From positions 352,001 through 416,000 of the forward strand of contig CAVSPA010000006.1 in NCBI GenBank assembly GCA_963729715.1: 64,000 bases of DNA. Direction: 5' to 3'. The notes below the pieces were generated by a model that did no database searches, was not told where the DNA came from, and saw only the letters and a program-made list of their open reading frames with translations. The position numbers and the translations under genes were made by a program. Position 1 is the first letter of the stretch, and each line of letters starts with the position of its first letter. Shown here one piece after another: positions 10,482-20,115 of the stretch. The stretch comes from an uncultured delta proteobacterium. Its GTDB lineage: Bacteria > Desulfobacterota > Syntrophia > Syntrophales > UBA2185.

Positions 10482-10946
10482 TTATGGTTTGTTGACCGTA
10501 ACGTCGAGATACTTCTTTCCCCACGCCTTGCAATCTTTTTCATCAGAGAAAAAAATGTCGATGTGGTCTCCTTTGATGGCAGTACCTGTATCGTGCACCT
10601 CTCCCCAACCGTAACCAGGCACATACATCTTCGTACCGTAAGGATACCTACTGATGTCCGCTGCGATTGTCCCTTTTTTTGCCTTGGTTCCGTCAGAGGT
10701 GATACCCACCTTCTTTCTCTCTCCCTCGTGCGGTCCGTACGCATAAACCGGCGGCATCAGGAAACAGCCGTATTTGTTTTTCCAGCCCGTCGATTTCCTG
10801 CCGGCGTCATAGGCGGTCACCAGCATCTTGCGCGTTTCCGTCTTGCCATATTCACGGGGAATGGTGGCGCATCCGGAGACAAGCATGATGCATAGAATAG
10901 AAAAGCTAAGCGCAAGTAAAAAGACTCTTTGCAAATGTGGCATCAT
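10482..10946 (-). CDS. 3D-domain lipoprotein (peptidoglycan lytic transglycosylase-like)
   Basis: Lipobox LVSGC; VTAY, IAAD, YGTKMYVPGYG, DTGTAIKG..IDIF give the three conserved Asp. Confidence 0.85.
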   Translation of the reverse strand: MMPHLQRVFLLALSFSILCIMLVSGCATIPREYGKTETRKMLVTAYDAGRKSTGWKNKYGCFLMPPVYAYGPHEGERKKVGITSDGTKAKKGTIAADISRYPYGTKMYVPGYGWGEVHDTGTAIKGDHIDIFFSDEKDCKAWGKKYLDVTVNKP

Positions 10947-11164
10947 GATTCTCTGAAATCTTTATGAAGTATGCGAGGAAAGCTACCATAACGACGGCCT
11001 CTATTTCAAGGCAAGTTTGAACTCAGTAGATTTCTCGCATGTCAATTGTCTGAAAACCGCTCGTCACGCCGTCGGGGCAGTTTTGACTGTTCTGACTATT
11101 ATTTGAGCGGACAAAATTGTCTGTGGTTATCCTGGATGAGTATGTTCATTAGATTTTCAAGCAT

Positions 11165-13147
11165 CTATATATCGACACGGATTGGCAATATGACGGCCGT
11201 GATGCCCTGCCACTGCAACCGCCGCTGAATTGCAAAAGCGGTTTCATTGTGGAGCACCTTCTGGAAAGGATTTTCTTCACGAAAGATCAGTTTCCCGGTG
11301 AAGACCGTCGCCCTCGGAAATTCCTTCACGAGAGTCTCGCACAGCTCCGTAGCAGTATCAGCTACGTCGGTTCCTATCCCCATTCTGTAGTCAGCAGGGA
11401 ATCCGTAGGAACGGACAAGACGGACGTATTTTGTCAGATCACCCTCTACGGATTTTTTTAAGGCATCCATTTCCGCTATGCCTTTGAATGAGCCGGAATC
11501 GATTTCTCCGACAGAGACAAAAATAAAATTCTTGTAGAGTTTGGGAAATTCACGGACGACGGAAAGCCACACATGAAGACCGAATCCGCTGTAACCCCTT
11601 ACGAGGAGTATTGCCGTGGCCTCCTTTTGATCCAGCGGCTCATTGTTAGGCTGACTGCCTTTAGGAAGTTCAGACAGAATCTCCTCGAGTTGGCGAACGC
11701 CCCTGCGGACTTTCATGTAGTGCCTACGGATCAAGTAGCACAACACGATAACCCCAGAGGTGATTACGAGGGTCAGCCAGCCGCCCTCTTCAAATTTAAT
11801 AACTACAGTAATGATGAGGATTGTGAGACAGAGGATCAAGCCCACCACATGCACAGCAATATGTCTTTTCCATGCCTTATCCTTCTCCCTGTTGCGGAAG
11901 AAAAAAGTCGCCATTCCGAACTGTGACAGTGTAAAGGTAAGAAACACGTTGATGGAGTACATTACAACGAGTGCGGAAACGGAACCGTTCGTGTACAGTA
12001 AGAGCAGAAAGGCTGCACCGCCCATCAGAAGAACGCCGTCCTGCATGGAGAGACGCTCCGATAGCGATGCAAAGCGACGAGGCAGCCAGGAATCGATGGC
12101 CATGTTTGCCATAACACTTGGTCCCCCTGCGAATCCTGACTGAGCGCCAACCATGAGCAGGGCCCCTTCGGAGAGAATCGTTATCAGCGCGATCGTTCCG
12201 CCGAGCGGCCAATTACCAAAGGTGAGATCGGCAAGTACGGCGTTCAACGTTCTGCCCTCAGCAGGCACTATTCGGTAAAGCGAATAGCAGAACAAAAGGC
12301 CTGCTGCCGTAATTGCAAGGGATGTGGCCAGGTATGCCATCGTGCGCTTGCCTGTCTGAACTTTCGGCTCACGCATCATCTGCATGGCGTTAGAAACCGC
12401 TTCGATCCCCGTATAGGTACCTCCCCCGAGAGAAAAGGCCCTGAGAAAGATGGCCAGCATGCTCACATAGCCTATGGCGGAGATATCATATCTGAAATTC
12501 GCCTCGAAAGTCCGTGCAACCGGTCCAACCTGATTGGCGTGGCTCAGGATGCCATAACCGATCAACAGAATGTGGGTTACTACAAATGTCATGAATATCG
12601 GTGCGAGGGCTGTTACGGACTCCTTCACCCCTCTTAAGTTCATGACAACAAGGAGGAGGATTAAGAACACCACGAAGATCAACTTGTATTTAAGAAATGT
12701 GACAGGTAAATAGCTGAATAGGGCATCGCCACAGGAAGCAAGAGATACGGTGATGGTCAGTACGTAATCGACGAGAAGGGCGCAACCGGATATTACCCCC
12801 GCGTTCTTACCAATCGTATGGGTGGAGACGATGTATCCGCCGCCTCCATGGGGGAAATGCTCGATGATACGTGAATAGGCGTAGGAGATGATGAAAACCG
12901 TCAATGCCGTAGCCAAGGCGAGGAATACGGCAAGGTAGGTGTGGGGACCCAGCGCCTTGAACGCCTCTTCCGGACCATACGAAGAAGAAGAAAGGCCGTC
13001 GGCTCCCAGACCGATCCATGCCAGGACGGGGATGAGAGATATCCTGTGAAATATTGAAGGCTCGTAGATATCTCGGGGCGGCCCTATCAATCCACGCCGC
13101 AACTTCCGAGCAAATTTTGTTTTATGCCCCGACTCGTCAGAGTTCAT
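11165..13147 (-). CDS. APC-superfamily transporter, KimA/YdaO-like (putative K+/H+ symporter)
   Basis: DGLSSSSYGPEE, GGGGY, LLVDYVLT, TGIEAVSN; about 12 TM segments plus a soluble C-terminal domain. Confidence 0.8.
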   Translation of the reverse strand: MNSDESGHKTKFARKLRRGLIGPPRDIYEPSIFHRISLIPVLAWIGLGADGLSSSSYGPEEAFKALGPHTYLAVFLALATALTVFIISYAYSRIIEHFPHGGGGYIVSTHTIGKNAGVISGCALLVDYVLTITVSLASCGDALFSYLPVTFLKYKLIFVVFLILLLVVMNLRGVKESVTALAPIFMTFVVTHILLIGYGILSHANQVGPVARTFEANFRYDISAIGYVSMLAIFLRAFSLGGGTYTGIEAVSNAMQMMREPKVQTGKRTMAYLATSLAITAAGLLFCYSLYRIVPAEGRTLNAVLADLTFGNWPLGGTIALITILSEGALLMVGAQSGFAGGPSVMANMAIDSWLPRRFASLSERLSMQDGVLLMGGAAFLLLLYTNGSVSALVVMYSINVFLTFTLSQFGMATFFFRNREKDKAWKRHIAVHVVGLILCLTILIITVVIKFEEGGWLTLVITSGVIVLCYLIRRHYMKVRRGVRQLEEILSELPKGSQPNNEPLDQKEATAILLVRGYSGFGLHVWLSVVREFPKLYKNFIFVSVGEIDSGSFKGIAEMDALKKSVEGDLTKYVRLVRSYGFPADYRMGIGTDVADTATELCETLVKEFPRATVFTGKLIFREENPFQKVLHNETAFAIQRRLQWQGITAVILPIRVDI

Positions 13148-13210
13148 AGAGTCTTATTTGTGCCGTAGATTTATTACCCGGATATTACTTTTGGAATATG
13201 GTAAGATTAG

Positions 13211-13558
13211 TCAGGTAATCGGGTTCTCCACATGAATACCCTTACCGACCTGACCACAGAGAAAGCCGCGCTTCCCGTTAAGATGCGTACCCTGATCATC
13301 ATAGATCCTGATGGAAAAATCCTCGGTGAGAATCTTCAAGTGGAGTGATCTGCCGTCCGCGATTGTTATCTGTATGGGTTTGCAATTCGTGGGGAGATTG
13401 TCGGTGTCAGTGTCCTTGAAGGAAAGTTCATGTTTGCCGGGTTCGATTTTCAACGAAGTGGATTGTAATGAAAATACCTCTCCACCCTCGTGTCCATCGA
13501 GAATAATAATATAAGTGAAATGTCTACTGAGGTTTGTAATAGTTAATTCGGCACTCAT
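13211..13558 (-). CDS. Hypothetical beta-rich protein (115 aa)
   Basis: Intact ORF directly after a consensus promoter; no family recognised. Confidence 0.6.
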   Translation of the reverse strand: MSAELTITNLSRHFTYIIILDGHEGGEVFSLQSTSLKIEPGKHELSFKDTDTDNLPTNCKPIQITIADGRSLHLKILTEDFSIRIYDDQGTHLNGKRGFLCGQVGKGIHVENPIT

Positions 13559-13566
13559 TATTTTAT

Positions 13567-13595
13567 ATTATAAAATGGGCCAGAGACGGTGTCAA
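13567..13595 (-). promoter_or_regulatory. Perfect sigma70 consensus promoter TTGACA-N17-TATAAT
   Basis: Minus strand reads TTGACA ccgtctctggcccattt TATAAT; the ATG at 13558 lies 8 nt beyond the -10 box. Confidence 0.8.
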
Positions 13596-13700
13596 ATGAA
13601 AATAATGACGCGAATCCGGGTTGTCTTTTGTTGCATAGATTCACGTATACAATGCGCGTCAACCTCAACAGAAGTATTGCATATTACGGAGGGTGAATTT

Positions 13701-13988
13701 ATGAAGAAGACATTACCGTTAATTATTGTCTTGCTGTTTATATACGGTGAAGCACGCTCCTCATCCTCAGAGAGTTTACGATGCGGCAGTGGACTTGCCG
13801 CGGTAGGGGACACAAAGGTTGAGGTGATAACGAAATGCGGTAAGCCATCTTTTGGAGAAAGGACGTCGTCAAGAAGGTGTGGAATTGAGAAATCGTATTA
13901 TGATAGGGGTTCGGGCGATTTCGTTTACGTTCTGATCTTTCACGGGGGCATATTGAAATATGTGGAACAGGCTGGTCGCGGCAAGTGA
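13701..13988 (+). CDS. DUF2845-like small exported protein
   Basis: Signal peptide then LRCG...VGD.K.EV..KCG.P; GGAGG RBS before the ATG at 13701. Confidence 0.7.
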   Translation: MKKTLPLIIVLLFIYGEARSSSSESLRCGSGLAAVGDTKVEVITKCGKPSFGERTSSRRCGIEKSYYDRGSGDFVYVLIFHGGILKYVEQAGRGK

Positions 13989-14138
13989 ATCGTCAATGAC
14001 TTACGGATGTCCAACTCATTCTCGCTTTGGGACCTTATCGATCGGGGAGCCTTCAGGATCCCATCTGGTATGAACTTGCTGTCAAAGAGGTTTATGGTTC
14101 TTTATCAGTTGCCAGTGCGATCTCATACATAAAATTCA

Positions 14139-14507
14139 TTATTCGGAAAGCACAAGCTGCAGCATTTTGAGTAGCTCTTCGGCCTTGAAAGGCTTGGCAA
14201 GAAAGTATTGGCCGCCTATCTTGTGGCTCTTCGGGACCTCGCTTGCCTTAACTGCGCCGGTAAGAAAAATAACAGGAATGTTAGATGTATTGGGGTCGTC
14301 TTTCATTTCATGTGCAACACTTGACCCATCCATGTCCGGCATCATCAGATCCAGTATGACTGCGTCAGGTCTTATCAGCTTGCATTTGCTCAGTCCTTCT
14401 TCTCCTGTATGCGCAGTGTACACCTCATATCCATTTGCTGTGAGCCGCAATTCCACTATTTTAACTATGTCACGATCATCATCGACAACAAGAATTATCT
14501 TTCCCAC
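14139..14507 (-). CDS. Single-domain response regulator (CheY-like)
   Basis: ILVVDDD, LDLMMPDMDG, FLT, KPF; AGGAGG RBS before a GTG start. Confidence 0.92.
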   Translation of the reverse strand: MGKIILVVDDDRDIVKIVELRLTANGYEVYTAHTGEEGLSKCKLIRPDAVILDLMMPDMDGSSVAHEMKDDPNTSNIPVIFLTGAVKASEVPKSHKIGGQYFLAKPFKAEELLKMLQLVLSE

Positions 14508-14574
14508 TGTGCCTCCTCCTCAATGTTAGACATAGACAGCAGATAGCTTTTATTGGAATCCCGGACTTTATTTC

Positions 14575-14874
14575 TTAATCCTTCTTTTTTGATTCTTCTT
14601 TCATTCTGTCGAGTTCTTCCTTATACTTTTCGGCTTGGGCTCTCACCATTTCGATTTCTTCCCTTGCCTTTGCCAGACTTTCTTCCTGTTTTTGCCTTTC
14701 TTCTCTCAACTTGTCCTGAATTTCATCGAGACCGATATAAACGGCAAGTATACCGCCAAGTACAATAATGATGGGGATTCCGCCCTTCAGAATTATGACA
14801 AAATCACTCCACCAGAATATGAGACCTAAGAGTCCGATAATTACCGAAACTACACCGCCAATTAGCAATGACAT
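14575..14874 (-). CDS. Small membrane protein (2 TM + coiled coil)
   Basis: AGGAGG RBS before the ATG at 14874; two hydrophobic helices followed by an E/K-rich tail. Confidence 0.7.
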   Translation of the reverse strand: MSLLIGGVVSVIIGLLGLIFWWSDFVIILKGGIPIIIVLGGILAVYIGLDEIQDKLREERQKQEESLAKAREEIEMVRAQAEKYKEELDRMKEESKKKD

Positions 14875-15066
14875 GGCCTGACCTCCTATTGTACAATTCA
14901 ACGATAATGTGCCGAGGTTGAAACAATTGCCGTAAGATGCTAATATCTGTAATATATTAAGGTGGAACATAACACAGTATTGAGGTGCAGGCAAGGTGAA
15001 AGTTAACAAATCTCAAAGGAATGTACGATTCAAGGAAGAAGATTCAGGAAAGATGGAAAATATTTC

Positions 15067-15095
15067 TTGACATTATCATCAAATACTTTTAGCTT
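15067..15095 (+). promoter_or_regulatory. Putative sigma70 promoter of the liv-paaK operon
   Basis: TTGACA-N17-TAGCTT. Confidence 0.55.
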
Positions 15096-15125
15096 TCGCG
15101 GACTATCAAAAACTGTGACGAGCAA

Positions 15126-15185
15126 ATGAAAGAAGAATTCCTGGATCTCCTGATCGAACAGACCCGCTGTAAATACACATATTGA
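15126..15185 (+). CDS. Possible leader peptide MKEEFLDLLIEQTRCKYTY (19 aa)
   Basis: Short ORF between the promoter and livK, followed at once by a GC-rich hairpin; RBS is weak. Confidence 0.3.
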   Translation: MKEEFLDLLIEQTRCKYTY

Positions 15186-15339
15186 TGCCTGCTGTGCGCC
15201 TCGTTGGGCGGGCATGCAGGCCTAATCCGAATCAACCCCAGACAGAATTAGTCCCCATAATTAAAAGCAAGAAAATAATTGTAACGTTTCCTTAATGAGA
15301 GGATTACAATGCAGCGATAAATTTATCGGGAGGTACAAC

Positions 15340-16485
15340 ATGTTAAAAAAAATAATCATCAAATCAATTTGCATTTTCTGCCTTCTTCCTGTCTTTACGG
15401 TAAACTCTTGGTCGCAGGAGCCGATTAAGATCGGCGGACTGTTCGCCGTTACCGGCCCGCCCTCATTTCTCGGTGAACCGGAACGTAATACAGCCAATAT
15501 GGTGGTGGATCAAATCAACAAGACAGGTGGCATCAAGGGGCGGAAGGTGAAACTGGTATTCTACGATACCCAGGGTGATGCCACCAAGGCAGTACAGGCA
15601 GCGACGCGACTCATCAAGGAAGACCGGGTCAGCGCCATTATCGGTCCCAGCACGACGGGCGAGACAATGGCCGTAATTCCTGTTGTCGAAAATGCGGGTA
15701 TTCCGCTGATTTCGTGCGCCGCCGGAATCAAGATTACGGAACCGGTAAAGAAATGGGTCTTTAAGACAGCCCAGAATGATTCCCTGGCAGTGGAGCGTAT
15801 CTACGATCACCTCAGAAAACGGAATCTGCATAATGTTGCCATATTCACAGTGTCCGACGGTTTCGGCGCTTCAGGCAGGGAACAGTTGAAACTTCGTGCC
15901 AAGGATTCCGGTATCACCATAGTAGCCGATGAGATATACGGGCCCAACGATACGGACATGACAGCCCAGTTGGTTAAGATACGCGGCAGCAAGGCGCAGG
16001 CCATTATTTGCTGGGGAACGAATCCTGGACCTGCTAAGGTGGCCAGAAACGCCAGGCAACTCGGGCTTAATCTGCCGCTTTATATGAGCCACGGCGTTTC
16101 CTCGAAAAAATTTATAGAACTGGCCGGAGATGCAGCGGAAGGGATAACCCTCCCGTCGGGACGTGTTATTGTTGCAAATGTGCTTCCGAAATCCGACCAG
16201 CAGAAAAAGTCACTGCTCGCTTTTGTAAACGATTACAAGAATCATTTTAAAGTGGAAGGGGATCATTTCGGTGGTCACGCATGGGATGCCATCATGCTTC
16301 TCAAGGGTGCGATTGAACGTGGAGGCGATTCGCCTGCGGCCATTCGCAATGAACTTGAAAATACACGCAATTTTAAAGGTATCGGCGGTATATTCAACTT
16401 CACTCCCCAAAACCATGCAGGTCTGACAAAGGAAGCCTTTGTTCTTGTGACGATTAAGAACAAGGGGTGGATGCTGGTAAAGTAG
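15340..16485 (+). CDS. livK: ABC transporter substrate-binding protein (LivK/HAAT family)
   Basis: Signal peptide; IKIGGLFAVTGP, YDTQGD, AIIGP; GGAGG RBS. Confidence 0.88.
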   Translation: MLKKIIIKSICIFCLLPVFTVNSWSQEPIKIGGLFAVTGPPSFLGEPERNTANMVVDQINKTGGIKGRKVKLVFYDTQGDATKAVQAATRLIKEDRVSAIIGPSTTGETMAVIPVVENAGIPLISCAAGIKITEPVKKWVFKTAQNDSLAVERIYDHLRKRNLHNVAIFTVSDGFGASGREQLKLRAKDSGITIVADEIYGPNDTDMTAQLVKIRGSKAQAIICWGTNPGPAKVARNARQLGLNLPLYMSHGVSSKKFIELAGDAAEGITLPSGRVIVANVLPKSDQQKKSLLAFVNDYKNHFKVEGDHFGGHAWDAIMLLKGAIERGGDSPAAIRNELENTRNFKGIGGIFNFTPQNHAGLTKEAFVLVTIKNKGWMLVK

Positions 16486-16524
16486 CATTTGGAATCTGGA
16501 AGATCGTCTCCTGTATAAATTACT

Positions 16525-16580
16525 GAGATTGTCATTTCGAGCCCTTCGGTTTACTCAGGGTAAACTCCGCGAGAAATCTC
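16525..16580. repeat. REP-like nested palindromic element between livK and livH
   Basis: GAGATT...AATCTC outer arms and an inner GTTTAC-N5-GTAAAC stem, in a GTCATTTCGAG...CGAGAAATCT frame. Only one copy seen in the window. Confidence 0.5.
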
Positions 16581-16696
16581 GCTGATTGAGGAGATGTACG
16601 GGAGCGGAACTGACGTATTGCCCGGGTATGTAATTTGAGAAGCGATTCACCAGAAGATCATATTAATGTGATTTACCATACATAAGTATTAGTTCT

Positions 16697-17581
16697 ATGG
16701 AACTTATTGAACAGTTGCTGCAATATACTCTGTCCGGACTCTCTACGGGGGCGATTTACGCCCTCATCGGGCTTGGTTTCGCCATCATCTACAATTCCAC
16801 GAGCATAATCAACTTTGCTCAGGGTGAGTTTGTGATGCTGGGCGGAATGCTGACGTTATTTTTCCACATCACTCTCGGGCTTTACCTTCCGCTTGCCGTC
16901 GTCCTTGCAATTATGGTTGCTACGGGAGTGGGCGCGTTATTTGAACTCCTCGCCATCAGCCCCCTCAAGGATGCTGAACCGATCATTCTCGTCATCATCA
17001 CCATAGGTGGAAGCATACTTATCCGTGGAGTTGCCATGCTCCTCTGGGGAAAGGATACGCATGCCCTGCCTATGTTTTCCGGAGATGAGCCGATCATCGT
17101 GATGGGTGCCGCAATAATGCCGCAGAACATTTGGATCTTTGGCGTCACGCTGATAATTATCACGGCGAACAGGCTTTTTTTCCACCACAGCATAAACGGG
17201 AAAGCGATGCGCGCCTGCTCTTTCAACAGGATAGCGTCAAGGCTTGTCGGGATCGATGTCAAGCGCATGAACCTATTCTCCTTCGTCATAAGTTCGGCCA
17301 TGGGGGCCGTAGCGGGAATCATCATCGCACCTCTTACCATGACGTCATATGATGTGGGCGTCATGCTCGGATTGAAGGGATTCTGTGCCGCCATCATCGG
17401 CGGTATGAGCGGCGGCATGGGAACGGTTGCCGGCGGTTTGATCGTAGGCGTTCTGGAGTCTCTCGGGGCGGGCTTAATATCGTCAGGTTATAAGGATGCC
17501 ATTGCCTTTATTATTCTTCTTGTCATCCTGCTGATCAGGCCTCAGGGGTTGTTCGGAAAGGGAGAAGCGGAAAGGGTATGA
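16697..17581 (+). CDS. livH: Branched-chain amino acid-type ABC permease
   Basis: GAIYALIGLG, INFAQGE, GKAMRA, AAIIGG, RPQGLFG. Confidence 0.9.
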   Translation: MELIEQLLQYTLSGLSTGAIYALIGLGFAIIYNSTSIINFAQGEFVMLGGMLTLFFHITLGLYLPLAVVLAIMVATGVGALFELLAISPLKDAEPIILVIITIGGSILIRGVAMLLWGKDTHALPMFSGDEPIIVMGAAIMPQNIWIFGVTLIIITANRLFFHHSINGKAMRACSFNRIASRLVGIDVKRMNLFSFVISSAMGAVAGIIIAPLTMTSYDVGVMLGLKGFCAAIIGGMSGGMGTVAGGLIVGVLESLGAGLISSGYKDAIAFIILLVILLIRPQGLFGKGEAERV

Positions 17582-17598
17582 AATTATCGGACGAATGA

Positions 17599-18570
17599 AT
17601 GAAACGTGAATTGATGAAATTTCTCTTATTTGCTGCCGCTATCCTCATGGCGCCGATGTTCTTCAAGGGCGGCTATATTGTGAATGTGCTGGTCTTCGTC
17701 GGCATTTACACTATTTTAGCCGTGGCTCTGAACCTGCTATTGGGGCTTGCCGGCCAAATCTCTCTCGGGCAGGCGGCATTTTTTGGACTTGGCGCTTACA
17801 TATCCGGCGTGCTCACGGCAACACATGCCGTGAATCCCTGGATGGCCATGGTTATCGCCGTCATTGCCGTGGGTGTCATAGCCTTTGTACTCGGCTTTCC
17901 CATCCTGAAGCTTAGGGGACATTACCTGGCGATGGCTACGCTCGGCATGGGGATTATCGTTTTCATCATCTTCAACGAAACTGTCGATATAACGGGCGGC
18001 CCTTCAGGACTATCGGGTATACCGAATCTCTCTATCTGCGGCATTGTCTTCAATACCGACATGAAAAATTATTATTTGGTGTGGTCGTTTGCCGTGGCCA
18101 CTATTCTTCTATCCCTCAATCTTTCCGCCTCAAGGATCGGCAGGGCTCTTCGGGCCATTCACGACTCCGAGGTGGCGGCCCGCATCCTCGGAGTGAATGT
18201 CAGACTCTTGAAAGTGCAGATTTTTACCATTTCAGCCATTTTTTCTGCCCTTGCCGGAAGTCTCTATGCCCACACAGTCCAGTTTATCTCGCCTGCATCT
18301 TTCGGGTTCAATGTTTCCATAGAACTCCTTACTATGGTGATTATCGGGGGGCTGGGCAGTATCTACGGCTCTTTTTTGGGTGCTGCTATTCTGACGTTAC
18401 TGCCGGAGCTTTTCAGGACGTTTCAGGATTATGATATTGTCGTTTACGGCATTGTTCTGATAGTAATGACCATGTTCATGCCGGGCGGCCTCGTGCGAAG
18501 CGTGCCGCTTCTGGCTAGATCCCTGTTTGGCAAGATAAGCGCCGGCCGCTCTTCTGAAAAAAGTGTTTAG
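17599..18570 (+). CDS. livM: Branched-chain amino acid-type ABC permease
   Basis: [43 protein letters not shown]. Confidence 0.9.
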   Translation: MKRELMKFLLFAAAILMAPMFFKGGYIVNVLVFVGIYTILAVALNLLLGLAGQISLGQAAFFGLGAYISGVLTATHAVNPWMAMVIAVIAVGVIAFVLGFPILKLRGHYLAMATLGMGIIVFIIFNETVDITGGPSGLSGIPNLSICGIVFNTDMKNYYLVWSFAVATILLSLNLSASRIGRALRAIHDSEVAARILGVNVRLLKVQIFTISAIFSALAGSLYAHTVQFISPASFGFNVSIELLTMVIIGGLGSIYGSFLGAAILTLLPELFRTFQDYDIVVYGIVLIVMTMFMPGGLVRSVPLLARSLFGKISAGRSSEKSV

Positions 18571-18582
18571 AGGAATCGTGAC

Positions 18583-19335
18583 TTGCTTAAGATAGAAGGC
18601 ATGACAAAAATATTCGGCGGCCTCACGGCCCTGCAGGGTGTTTCTTTCTCAATTTCAGCAGGCGAGATTACCGGCATTATCGGCCCGAATGGAGCGGGCA
18701 AGACGACACTGTTTAACATTGTAACGGGTATATATTATCCGACATCCGGAAAAGTCTTCTATGACGGTAAAGATATAACCGGATTTTCCCCGGAGAAGCT
18801 TGCGAGACTCGGCTTGGTGCGCACATTTCAAGGTATTGAATTGTTCGGTCAAATGACGGTTGTGGAAAACGTCATGGTTGGTCTTCATACAAGGTCACGA
18901 AGCGGCATCATTGCTTCGGCTTTAAAATTGCCGGCCCATTTACGGGAGGAACGCCATATCAGAGAACGGGCAATGTCCTGGCTCGAATTCGCAGGCATCG
19001 CGGACATGGCTGATATGAAAGCAGCCAATTTACCGTTTGGCAAGGGGAGGCTCCTCGAGATTGCCCGCGCCATGGCCGTTGAACCTAAAATCATCCTCCT
19101 CGATGAACCGGCAGCGGGGCTCAATAGTAGGGAGACTTCCGATCTCGCCGCGCTGATTAAGAGAATAAAAGAGTCAGGAATCACAGTAGCTCTTGTGGAA
19201 CATGATATGGAACTGGTCATGGGAATCTGTAGCCGCATCGTTGTTCTCAATCTCGGGCATAAACTTGCGGAAGGGACGCCGCGACAGATTCAGGAAGATG
19301 AAAATGTAATAACGGCTTACCTCGGCGTGGGTTGA
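18583..19335 (+). CDS. livG: ABC ATP-binding protein
   Basis: [22 protein letters not shown]. Confidence 0.9.
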   Translation: MLKIEGMTKIFGGLTALQGVSFSISAGEITGIIGPNGAGKTTLFNIVTGIYYPTSGKVFYDGKDITGFSPEKLARLGLVRTFQGIELFGQMTVVENVMVGLHTRSRSGIIASALKLPAHLREERHIRERAMSWLEFAGIADMADMKAANLPFGKGRLLEIARAMAVEPKIILLDEPAAGLNSRETSDLAALIKRIKESGITVALVEHDMELVMGICSRIVVLNLGHKLAEGTPRQIQEDENVITAYLGVG

Positions 19336-19351
19336 TGGTGGTTTGTTAATA

Positions 19352-20095
19352 ATGTTGAAAATTAAAAACGTCAATACATATTACGGTAAACTGTATGCCC
19401 TGAGAAACGTCTCCCTCCATGTCAATGCCGGAGAGATCGTCGCTCTCATCGGATCTAACGGCGCCGGGAAGACGACAATGTTAAATACAGTATCTGCTGT
19501 CACGCCTCCGGCGGACGGCGAAATATATTTTGACGGTGCGTTGATCAGTAGACTTTCTCCGGTGGCCATAGTGAAACTGGGCGTCTCCCACGTTCCCGAG
19601 GGAAGGCAGATCTTTAAGCCCCTTTCCGTTGAGGATAATCTTGAACTTGGCGCATATCTCCGCGCTGAGGCCGGAGAAAAGAAGAAAGACATAATGAAAG
19701 ATAAGGATGCGGTCTACGCGTTATTTCCGCGTCTGGGGGAGAGACGTAAACAAATTTCAGGAACCCTGTCGGGAGGGGAGCAGCAGATGTTGGCTATAGG
19801 CCGGGCGCTCATGGCGAAACCGCGGCTGCTCCTCCTTGACGAACCTGCCATGGGACTTGCTCCGCTCTTGGTGCATGAGATATTTCGGGTTATAGAGGAG
19901 CTCCGCAGGCGGCAGGGAACTTCCATACTTCTCGTGGAACAGAATGCACGGGTCGCGCTCAAGGTTGCCGATCGGGGTTATGTGCTTGAAACCGGAAAGG
20001 TGATTCTGGAAGAAACGGCTTCAGAGCTTCTGGCCAATAAGGATGTGCAGAGGGCATATCTCGGAAAAGACAGAAGGGAAATCTGGGAACGTTAG
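19352..20095 (+). CDS. livF: ABC ATP-binding protein
   Basis: GSNGAGKTT, VPEGR, LSGGEQQM, LVEQN. Confidence 0.9.
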   Translation: MLKIKNVNTYYGKLYALRNVSLHVNAGEIVALIGSNGAGKTTMLNTVSAVTPPADGEIYFDGALISRLSPVAIVKLGVSHVPEGRQIFKPLSVEDNLELGAYLRAEAGEKKKDIMKDKDAVYALFPRLGERRKQISGTLSGGEQQMLAIGRALMAKPRLLLLDEPAMGLAPLLVHEIFRVIEELRRRQGTSILLVEQNARVALKVADRGYVLETGKVILEETASELLANKDVQRAYLGKDRREIWER

Positions 20096-20115
20096 CAATA
20101 AAACGTGAGGTGCTT

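Noticed and set aside
13515..13700. N-terminal extensions given by the ORF track (also 14875-15009, 26470-26556, 28529-28609, 48711-48863)
   Set aside because: They overlap neighbouring genes or promoters; downstream ATGs fit the RBS positions or family N-termini better.
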